Under the pieces are notes generated by a model. That model made no database searches and was not told the origin of the DNA. It worked only from the letters and a program-made list of their open reading frames with translations. A stretch of DNA of 64,000 bases from Candidatus Eiseniibacteriota bacterium (GTDB taxonomy: Bacteria > Eisenbacteria > RBG-16-71-46 > JABDJR01): NCBI GenBank assembly GCA_963762255.1, contig CAVXKA010000001.1, positions 480,001 through 544,000 of the forward strand, in the 5' to 3' direction. Numbering within the stretch: the stretch's first letter is position 1; each line of letters starts with the position of its first letter. Shown one piece after another: positions 9,010 to 16,445 of this stretch. A program made the translations under genes and the position numbers.

Positions 9010-9100
9010 GCCTCCCACCGGTCAGCCGCGCCCGCGACGACCGGCCACTGACCTGCATTCCGCTCCCCATGAGCGGGCGGGACTGAAGCGGTCGTTAGGC
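9010..9100 (-). repeat. attC site (R' degenerate)
   Basis: CCGGTCAGCCGCGCCCGCGACGACCGG...CTGAAGCGGTC-GTTAGGC. Confidence 0.72.
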
Positions 9101-9105
9101 AGATG

Positions 9106-9759
9106 CTAGCCAATGCGGCGGTACTCCCCTTCGAAAGACACGTTCATTCCGAAGTAGCCCACGATGTACTTCTCGGTAGCGATGAGTCGATCGCCATCGA
9201 ATTGGAGTTCCAGGCGGTACTCGTCACCACCCAGGCTCGCGTCCGAGAACACTGCACGGTCGTCACGCACTTCCGCCTCAAAATCCAATTCACCAAGGTT
9301 CGGCCCGTACTCGCGAGTCTTGCCCCACACTGCCATGCCAGTCACCCGCACATCCCCATTCAGGAGGGTGCTGACCTGAAGTTCTGCGCTCGAGAAATCG
9401 CCTTCACGAACGTAGTGCCCCGACGCATCACCCTTGCCGCGGATAGTAGCCTTGCCGATCGCGACCGGTTGATTCCATGCCCGTTCGATCACCTCGTGCA
9501 GGTCCCTGCGAAAACGCCTCGCCTCTTGTGGCGTCAGACCTTTGCTTTGACTTGTCCGACTGTCGTACTGATCGTGATGCTCGAAACACATGAACGCCAG
9601 GTTGTCCATGTCGTTGTTGTCGTTGCGGCCATCGAGGTGCGCGATCTGACCCGACTTGATGTCGAGATCGCGGTTGAGCCCGTAACATATGCAGCATCGT
9701 CGACGGCAGAGGACCAGAACGTTCTCCTCTGTGTCCGAAGGGATTCTCTTTCTAGCCAT
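9106..9759 (-). CDS. Cassette ORF: N-terminal HNH-like nuclease domain plus unknown beta-rich domain
   Basis: RRRCCIC..IAHLD..N..DNLAFMCFEHHD. Confidence 0.7.
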   Translation of the reverse strand: MARKRIPSDTEENVLVLCRRRCCICYGLNRDLDIKSGQIAHLDGRNDNNDMDNLAFMCFEHHDQYDSRTSQSKGLTPQEARRFRRDLHEVIERAWNQPVAIGKATIRGKGDASGHYVREGDFSSAELQVSTLLNGDVRVTGMAVWGKTREYGPNLGELDFEAEVRDDRAVFSDASLGGDEYRLELQFDGDRLIATEKYIVGYFGMNVSFEGEYRRIG

Positions 9760-9775
9760 CTTAGGGACCCCGTCT

Positions 9776-9871
9776 GCCTTACATGTCGCCGCTCAACCGC
9801 AACGACCGATCGACCCTCAATGCTGGATTCTACTCCCCAGGAGTGGGGGCGGCTGAAGCGGACCGTCAGGC
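9776..9871 (-). repeat. attC site (both R boxes with one substitution)
   Basis: GCCTTAC...GCTGAAGCGGACC-GTCAGGC. Confidence 0.7.
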
Positions 9872-9881
9872 TATTGGATAC

Positions 9882-10136
9882 TCATGCAATCAGGTTCCGG
9901 ATGGCTTGGCGAGTTGGCTCGTCTCCAACGACTGTTGCCAACCGCCGCTCCAAAGCCTGGGCATACTCCGGTGCCGCGCGGCCTGAAGATACAATCAAGA
10001 GAGCCAACCGCAATTCGTCGATCAGCCTCCACTCCTCTGCCGTGATACCGGATGGGTCCTTGCGTCCGGCGACGGCAAAGCCATCGATGTCCCCGCCGAA
10101 CTTCCTGTAGGTGGCGACCTTTTCGGGTGTCAACAT
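9882..10136 (-). CDS. Cassette ORF: small hypothetical protein
   Basis: ATG at 10136 just inside the cassette boundary; MLTPEKVATYRKFGGDIDG... Confidence 0.6.
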   Translation of the reverse strand: MLTPEKVATYRKFGGDIDGFAVAGRKDPSGITAEEWRLIDELRLALLIVSSGRAAPEYAQALERRLATVVGDEPTRQAIRNLIA

Positions 10137-10147
10137 AGCGTGAAACA

Positions 10148-10209
10148 GCCTAACGCCTTGCCGATCAGCGGCCGGCCGCAGGCCGGGCCGCTGCATCGGC
10201 TTGTTGGGC
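10148..10209 (-). repeat. Canonical 62-bp attC site
   Basis: Minus strand GCCCAAC-AAGCCGA-TGCAGCGG...CCGCTGA-TCGGCAAGGC-GTTAGGC. Confidence 0.92.
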
Positions 10210-10257
10210 GGCCTACGCGCAGTTTCTCAGAAGAAGGGGCCGCCCGCACTCTCTGGC

Positions 10258-10425
10258 TCAGTTATGGTCCGCCTTCGAATGCCCACAGAGCTTTTTCGTG
10301 GGCGGACGGATGTTGATGCACTTCTCGGGACTGCCGGAATCCGACCTCCAGCTCGGGCAGCTGCATTCCTTGCATCCGCCTGCAGCCTTGTCTTTCCCAG
10401 CGCCCTCTTTCTTGGTCTCGGACAT
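10258..10425 (-). CDS. Cassette ORF: 55-aa Cys/His-rich microprotein (not in the ORF track)
   Basis: Translated by hand: MSETKKEGAGKDKAAGGCKECSCPSWRSDSGSPEKCINIRPPTKKLCGHSKADHN; AAAGGAG RBS upstream. Confidence 0.7.
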   Translation of the reverse strand: MSETKKEGAGKDKAAGGCKECSCPSWRSDSGSPEKCINIRPPTKKLCGHSKADHN

Positions 10426-10509
10426 CGTGATCTCCTTTCTTACTGAATCGGGCGACTTGTGATCCGATCAGTGACAGCACGAGGCAAGTCTCCTCAAGGT
10501 CAGTAGCCC

Positions 10510-10590
10510 GCCCAACGTGCTGCCGGTCAGCCGCGCCCGCGACGACGGGCCCCCTTCAAAGCCCTATTCTACCCCCACGAGCAGGCGACG
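10510..10590 (-). repeat. Partial attC (R'/L' half, R'' lost)
   Basis: GCCCAAC-GTGCTGCCGGTCAGCCGCGCCCGCGACGACGGG. Confidence 0.68.
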
Positions 10591-10604
10591 ATCCTGGTGG
10601 CATC

Positions 10605-11237
10605 CTAGCCTGTCTTCTGCGCGTAGAAGAACGCTACGTCCCGTGCAATCCGTTCAGACCGAGCGCATTTGGCCGAGCCGATTTCCAGCCCAAGTGCTTG
10701 CTCGAATTGCTTCTTCTTCGGCGCAATCCACGGCCGGCCATTCCGATTCGTCTGATGCTGATAGAGCACGAGAAGGTCGCGCGGAATCAGTGCCGCCCAG
10801 ATGGCCCAGACCTCCGATTCAAGAATGTGCTTCAGACTCGGAGACTCAGGAGCCAGGCCAGTATCGGGGTCAAGAAGGACAACCGTCGTACTCCCACTCT
10901 CACGGGCTTGGATGGCTTCTAGGACAGCCCGTTGGTAGGTTCCGCGATCCTCGAATGTCATATCAAGGACTCCGATTGAAAGTTGGGCGCGAATGAAGCT
11001 CGTGAGCCCTGAAGCGCGCCGGATGTCTCGGAAGTGCTGCAGAACAGCGTCGGGCATCTTCACGGATACATCACCGATACTGAGGGAGGGCCATTGTCCA
11101 GGGCCGAGGCCCTTCCATTCGGTTGGCCTATGGTAGGCAACGTGAAGGATGCGGGAGGCTTGGTGAAGCTGTGCAAGGTGAATGAGCACGCCCCATTTCA
11201 CGAGGTCCTTGTTGTCGCCATACCACTGATCTTGCAT
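10605..11237 (-). CDS. First cassette-like ORF: conserved-looking hypothetical protein (possible methyltransferase-like fold)
   Basis: MQDQWYGDNKDLVKW..VVLLDPDTGL..LVLYQH; ATG 11237 with GGGAG. Confidence 0.55.
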   Translation of the reverse strand: MQDQWYGDNKDLVKWGVLIHLAQLHQASRILHVAYHRPTEWKGLGPGQWPSLSIGDVSVKMPDAVLQHFRDIRRASGLTSFIRAQLSIGVLDMTFEDRGTYQRAVLEAIQARESGSTTVVLLDPDTGLAPESPSLKHILESEVWAIWAALIPRDLLVLYQHQTNRNGRPWIAPKKKQFEQALGLEIGSAKCARSERIARDVAFFYAQKTG

Positions 11238-11552
11238 GCTCCCACCGATGTCACCCCGGCTGAATTGGCCAGCGAGATCGCTCGCCCAGATGCCGTGCCC
11301 GCAGTATAGGCCTTCAGTACGGCTTCTGGCTTCCGGTCTTGCTACCTGCAGCCGGTGGACTCTGTCACAGTCCTGGGGCGCGGCGTTCAAGGCCCCGTCA
11401 GCTTGTGGACATTAGGCGACCGGTGCGATCTGCTTTCCTTGGGGAGGGGCAGCGTTTGTGCCCACTCGACTCGACTGGACATGAACCGTGTGTCTCCCGT
11501 GGGAGCCACGGAGATTCGTCTCCCACTTTCTTTCAGCGTCGGGACTCGGAAG

Positions 11553-12485
11553 CTAGTCGTACATCGACTTGATCGCGCCCCAAGTCGTCAACCGCACCGG
11601 CACGGAGAGGGCCTGACAATCCGCATCCGAGCAGACCCAGCCGCAGCGTACTACGCTCCATACGCCGCCCACGTACTCACACGCACGCTCCGAGATTTGC
11701 GACAGGCCTCCTGCACACCCGACGCCGGGATAGCAGCAAGCCATCATGCCCGAGCTCCACCCCGCCTTGCACGGGTCGTCAAACACCCAAGGACATGTGC
11801 AGGCACCATGGACGTTCCAATCATTAAAGTCAGGGCCAAAGCCGATTTCTCCCAGCGAGACGAGGTCGATGCCAATCGTGTAATCGGTCCATTTTAGTTC
11901 CGTGGCCTCGCCCGCGCAGTTGATCACTTGCGCCGCGCGTTTACTCGTGTCGAGGCTGCCGATCGCGAACTTCCCGGATCCGCCGATGAGGCAGACTCCG
12001 AGCAGGACCGTGCCGTCACCCTCCGGATCCGCCGGATCGGGGTTGGTACCCACGCAGGTGGGAAACTCGATGTCGATGGTAGTACCGCTGTCGAGCCAAT
12101 CAGGAACCAAGGTCGCGTTCGCACACCACTGCGGTGGATCCAACCACGGTGCCTGTACCAACACGCCCGGGTCGCACTCGATCTTGAAGGAGACCCGCTT
12201 GAGCCCCACGGCTGTATTGATGTCGGTCGCCAGAATGTAGAGGGTATACCACGTGTCTGCCGCACCGACGACCTGGAACCCCGCGTCGTAGACCGGCGTG
12301 TCGGCGCAGCGGGAGGGAATCACTTGACTGCAGCTCCCCTCCTGGGGAATTCCCGGCACCAGATGCAGGGCGATCTTCGTCAGCTTCAGATCCCCCGGCG
12401 TCGCCAGAGCGCCCTGCGCCGCAACGAGAAAAGGCAAAGCCATAAGAGCGGCTCTGCCCAAAGTCTTCATTCTGGTGATCGGCAC
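11553..12485 (-). CDS. Secreted Cys-rich protein with C-terminal TTWGAIKSMY tail
   Basis: Signal peptide (AQGALA), many Cys, ends VPVRLTTWGAIKSMYD. Confidence 0.75.
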   Translation of the reverse strand: MPITRMKTLGRAALMALPFLVAAQGALATPGDLKLTKIALHLVPGIPQEGSCSQVIPSRCADTPVYDAGFQVVGAADTWYTLYILATDINTAVGLKRVSFKIECDPGVLVQAPWLDPPQWCANATLVPDWLDSGTTIDIEFPTCVGTNPDPADPEGDGTVLLGVCLIGGSGKFAIGSLDTSKRAAQVINCAGEATELKWTDYTIGIDLVSLGEIGFGPDFNDWNVHGACTCPWVFDDPCKAGWSSGMMACCYPGVGCAGGLSQISERACEYVGGVWSVVRCGWVCSDADCQALSVPVRLTTWGAIKSMYD

Positions 12486-12689
12486 TTCACGCCTCCCTCT
12501 GAGCCGAATCCCACTCCTCAGGAGGGGACGGCCACACTTGTATCAAATGGTCAATCGGTCTCCGATCCTTCCTTCTTCAGGGGGTCAAACCACGTACCGC
12601 GCCACATAGTATAGCTCCGCTTCAGATATCGGGGACAACGCTATTCCATAGGAGACGGGTCTTTTCTCCGCGAGAGTGACGGCAATCGC

Positions 12690-13550
12690 TCAGAAATTGA
12701 CCGCCACCCCGATCACCGGACCGTTGAGGTCAACATTCTCGGTGGACGTCCATCGATAACCGGCCTTCACGCTCACCACCGACCGCCGTGCCACCGCGAG
12801 CAGTGAGCAGTCGGTGATCGTGTTCCCGCCCATCGAGGCCCACGACGGGCGAAGCTCGAAACCCAGAGCGGATGTCGGGTAGACGCGAAGCGGCGTGGTC
12901 AAAGATGGGCCGGTGGTGTTCCGGTTTCCGGAGAGCGTCGCGTAGCCGTAACCGAGGTCGATCTCGACCGAACGCGAGAACGACATGCGGTAGAGGAAGT
13001 GCGCCCGCGTGATCGTCATCACGTCCTCGGGGCGGCGCTCGCGATACCCGATCCTGCGAACCTCGATGGCGATCGGACCGTAACCCGCTTCGGCGCGCAC
13101 CTCGGTGGCGGACACATCACCGCCGCTGTCCTGCATCTGACCATCCACGGATACGAACGGGATCAGCGGTTCGCCGACGGCGCGCATCGGGAACTCGCTC
13201 GCCCACTCATCGGACGAGGAGCCCTGCACGCGTACCCAACTCCCCACACCCCCATAAACGCTGCTCCAGAGGGAAGCCCGCCCGAGTTCCAAGAAGAACG
13301 CGATCCCGAAGTCATCGCCTTCGTCGCAGTCACAGTCGCCGCGATGGTGGCCCCGACCGCACCCACTGCGTTCGTCCCCGTGATCGCGATCCCGGTCTCT
13401 CCCGGAGCGGGTGGCTTCTTCCTCGAAGCGAGCGAGCGTACCCTTCTCGCGTTTCTTTGTGGCGTGCTTCCCCAAATCCTCGGCCAACAAGACCCCGGGC
13501 GCGCCGGCAAGTAGCGAGAACACCAGGGCCAGGAACGCTATCCATCGCAT
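12690..13550 (-). CDS. Putative outer-membrane beta-barrel protein
   Basis: Signal peptide, alternating beta-strand pattern, terminal Phe (GVAVNF). Confidence 0.65.
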   Translation of the reverse strand: MRWIAFLALVFSLLAGAPGVLLAEDLGKHATKKREKGTLARFEEEATRSGRDRDRDHGDERSGCGRGHHRGDCDCDEGDDFGIAFFLELGRASLWSSVYGGVGSWVRVQGSSSDEWASEFPMRAVGEPLIPFVSVDGQMQDSGGDVSATEVRAEAGYGPIAIEVRRIGYRERRPEDVMTITRAHFLYRMSFSRSVEIDLGYGYATLSGNRNTTGPSLTTPLRVYPTSALGFELRPSWASMGGNTITDCSLLAVARRSVVSVKAGYRWTSTENVDLNGPVIGVAVNF

Positions 13551-13699
13551 GACGACCTCCCGGTGAGAGCACCCGGGAGAGAATCACGATTCATGCCACG
13601 GGACGGGGCCCTGCGGCAGCCGCGGGCCGCCCGCGTGTCGCACCAGTCCCACAAGGTGTGGCCCTCGTGCGACACGCGAAGTGCCGCGAAGCGCGCCGT

Positions 13700-15052
13700 C
13701 TAGTGCGCGATCACCGATCCAAACACCGGCGAGCGCTGCAACGCCTCGATCGCCGCATCCGAGAGCGTGCCCCAGCCGACAACCGCCGGCTTGGCGCCGT
13801 TGCCCGCCGAAACACCCGCCATCTGTCGCAGATCCACCAGCGGGATTGCGGCACCGTAGGCCTCGTTGATCGTCCGGATCGTCTCGTTGGCGAGAAGCGC
13901 GCTACCGAGATCGGTCGGGTGAATCCCGTCCAGACCGATCACCCCACCGCTCACGAACTCCGTGGTGTAGTCGAGTCCGCCTACCTTGATCCCCTCGACG
14001 GTCGCCTGATGCAGCAGCTCACCCATCCCCACGACGGGGATCCCGTGCTCGGCGGCTACCGTCGTGACGACATGGTTGAACTCGATCACCCGCTGGTTGA
14101 TCAGGCCTAGCTCGGTGCTGTTCAAGACCACCACGTCGGGGAGCGGCGTCCCCGCGCCGCCCAGGGCCACCGGGATCCCGATCCCCTGGCGCATGAGCGA
14201 GATCGCCCCGATCGTGACCAGGTCGGTGAGCGCGAGCGGTCCGTCCGGCCCGATCAACGGCACGAGCTGTCCGCCCACGATCACCGGCAGGCTGGTCGCG
14301 GGATTCACCACGACCGGCGGCACCGTGGTCGCGAAGGGAATGCTGGTCACCCCCGGCACGTCGTAGACCACGAGCTTCGGGGCCGAAGGCAACGCAAGCA
14401 GCGTCGTGATGAGCTGCCGGTAGTTGGCCTCGAAGGTGGCCACCGCCGGCGGCGTGGTGTCGGAGGTGACCGCTCCCAGCACCTCGTTGGCGCCCAACTC
14501 CACAACGACGAAGGTGGGTGCGAGCGACGACGCCAGATACAACATCGTCCCCTGTCCCCGCATCACCAGATTGAAGTAGGGATTCGCCCCGGAAGTGACC
14601 GTGTTCAGGGCGTCGGCCACGGTCGCTCCCGGCACCGCGAGATCGTTGTAGGCTGCCAAGTACGTCGTGTTCACCGGTGCGCCCGGCGTCAGGATCGGCT
14701 CGATCACGGCCGGGACCAGGCTCGTGAGCTGGAGCGTGCCGGCGCTTCCCGGATCTCCGTAGCCCGGAATCACGAACTCGCCGGTCTGAGCCGTGGTCGC
14801 TCCGTGCGAGACCACCTGCTTACCCAGCGCCTTGGCCAGGAGCGCGACGTGCGAGTTCACCTGCCGCGACTCGGTCAGCCCCCCGTTCTGGTAGCCGGCG
14901 GAGATGCTGGTGCCCAGCACGGCCAGCGTGGTGAAGTCCGCGCTCCCGGTGTCGACCGGAGGCGCGCTGATCGGATCGATCTTGGCGCAACCGACGGCGA
15001 GGACGGTCGCCGCCAGCGCGCACGCCATGAAAACGAAAAGTCTTCTGCGCAT
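13700..15052 (-). CDS. SGNH/GDSL hydrolase lipoprotein
   Basis: Lipobox LAVGC; block I GTSISAG, block III ELGANE, block V DGIHP. Confidence 0.82.
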   Translation of the reverse strand: MRRRLFVFMACALAATVLAVGCAKIDPISAPPVDTGSADFTTLAVLGTSISAGYQNGGLTESRQVNSHVALLAKALGKQVVSHGATTAQTGEFVIPGYGDPGSAGTLQLTSLVPAVIEPILTPGAPVNTTYLAAYNDLAVPGATVADALNTVTSGANPYFNLVMRGQGTMLYLASSLAPTFVVVELGANEVLGAVTSDTTPPAVATFEANYRQLITTLLALPSAPKLVVYDVPGVTSIPFATTVPPVVVNPATSLPVIVGGQLVPLIGPDGPLALTDLVTIGAISLMRQGIGIPVALGGAGTPLPDVVVLNSTELGLINQRVIEFNHVVTTVAAEHGIPVVGMGELLHQATVEGIKVGGLDYTTEFVSGGVIGLDGIHPTDLGSALLANETIRTINEAYGAAIPLVDLRQMAGVSAGNGAKPAVVGWGTLSDAAIEALQRSPVFGSVIAH

Positions 15053-15064
15053 GGTGGTCCTCCT

Positions 15065-16357
15065 CTAGTACCGGTAGCCCAGGGTCAGGCCGGCGATTTC
15101 GACGTTGTTGGCGTAGGTCCCCTCGTACCCGTCCCGATTGATCCCCTCGGTCTCACGGTCCGGCATCACGAGATAGAGCCCGAACAGATCCGCGTGGAAC
15201 TGCCCCCAACTCTTGCCGATCCCCAGGCTGATCCCGTGTCGGTTGTTGTCAGGGAGAAGCGGGCTGACCGCTTCCGTGGGCTGCGGTGTCTGGTCGTAGT
15301 AGTAGCCGAAGCGCAGTTGCACGTCGGGCCGCACTTGCAGCTCGGCGCCCGCGCGGAAGAAGAACGCGTCGTCCCATTCCTCCGTGAGATCCTTGCTGAG
15401 CGATTCATCTTCGAACCGCAGCGGCAGCGTCTTGAACGAAGACCACTGCGTCCATCCCAGATCCCCTTCCAGCGCAAGTTTGGGAGAGACCTGCACCGCC
15501 AGCGCGGTGACGAAGATGGCCGGAAAGTCGAGGTCGGTCGAGACGCTCTGGTCTGCGGGGAACAAGAGCTGGAGCTGCGGATCGAGCCCCGACCCCGCAC
15601 CGGTGTAGTTGAAGTCCGCGTCGCCCTCGTAGGTGATCTCGACCTTGCTCCTGTAGTTGGCACCCAGGGTGACCGTGGGCATCACATCGACCTGCATGCC
15701 GAACGTGAAGCCGTAGTCGAGGTCGTTCTTCCCGTTGAGCTGCACGGTGCCCATATCGAGCACTTCCGGCTCCAGAGCGTTCGCATACGCGGGGTTGGGC
15801 TGCGCGACGTGGCGTCGCAGCTCCAGGCTCGAGTGTACGGCCATGAGCCCGGCGCCCACACGGAAGCGGGGTCCTAAAGAGACCGCGGCCGTGGGGTTGA
15901 AGTAGAAGGGCGTGATCGAGGCCTTCGTGGACAGGAACCGCCCAGAGAACTCGTCGGGATCCTCCCACTCGGTGGTGAGACCGAAGGGGTTGTACACGCC
16001 GAACCCGACCACCATCGCGCTGCTCACGCGCTGCGCCCAGTAGAGGTGCGATGGAAAGAAAGCCGCCTTGGGCGACTTCTCATGCACGCCGTAGCCCGGC
16101 CAGGGTTCCACGCCCGCGAACTCGCGGGTCACGTAGATGAGGCTGGTCCCGAGCTCCAGCTCCCCGCTCTCCACCTTGGCCAGCCCGGCCGGGTTGTAGT
16201 AGATGGCCGACGCATCGCCCACCCGCGCGGCGTAGGCTCCGGCCGAGCCCATGGCGCGGGCTCCCTGCTCGTAGAGACTGAACCCGGCCCCCCACGCGAC
16301 CGTGGGCAGAACCAGGAAGGCTGCCAGCAACAGCGGCAGCCGGTGTGTCCTTGTCAT
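15065..16357 (-). CDS. fadL: Long-chain fatty acid outer-membrane transporter (FadL/OmpP1/TodX)
   Basis: Mature N-terminus AGFSLYEQGARAMGSAGA..DASAIYYNPAGL; ends GYRY; AAGGAG RBS. Confidence 0.9.
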   Translation of the reverse strand: MTRTHRLPLLLAAFLVLPTVAWGAGFSLYEQGARAMGSAGAYAARVGDASAIYYNPAGLAKVESGELELGTSLIYVTREFAGVEPWPGYGVHEKSPKAAFFPSHLYWAQRVSSAMVVGFGVYNPFGLTTEWEDPDEFSGRFLSTKASITPFYFNPTAAVSLGPRFRVGAGLMAVHSSLELRRHVAQPNPAYANALEPEVLDMGTVQLNGKNDLDYGFTFGMQVDVMPTVTLGANYRSKVEITYEGDADFNYTGAGSGLDPQLQLLFPADQSVSTDLDFPAIFVTALAVQVSPKLALEGDLGWTQWSSFKTLPLRFEDESLSKDLTEEWDDAFFFRAGAELQVRPDVQLRFGYYYDQTPQPTEAVSPLLPDNNRHGISLGIGKSWGQFHADLFGLYLVMPDRETEGINRDGYEGTYANNVEIAGLTLGYRY

Positions 16358-16445
16358 CGTCCTCTCCTTTCCAACCCCCTCTGCGAGGGCGCGCAAACTC
16401 GACCAGCGTGCCTGCGGTTCGCAGGCGGCGGCTTCGGATCCGGCC

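Larger units (their letters stand above)
5590..11237 (-). mobile_element. Integron gene-cassette array lacking an adjacent integrase (CALIN)
   Basis: Short co-oriented minus-strand ORFs separated by RYYYAAC...GTTRRRY imperfect palindromes; cassette ends are self-complementary; composition visibly less GC-rich than the backbone. Confidence 0.85.

Noticed and set aside
6048-10590. Recurring intergenic repeats as a CRISPR array
   Set aside because: Units are about 60-100 bp, divergent, separated by whole genes and bounded by RYYYAAC/GTTRRRY; no cas genes; they fit attC
11240-11550. Integron integrase or attI at the array head
   Set aside because: No tyrosine recombinase motifs in the listed ORFs and no recognisable attI
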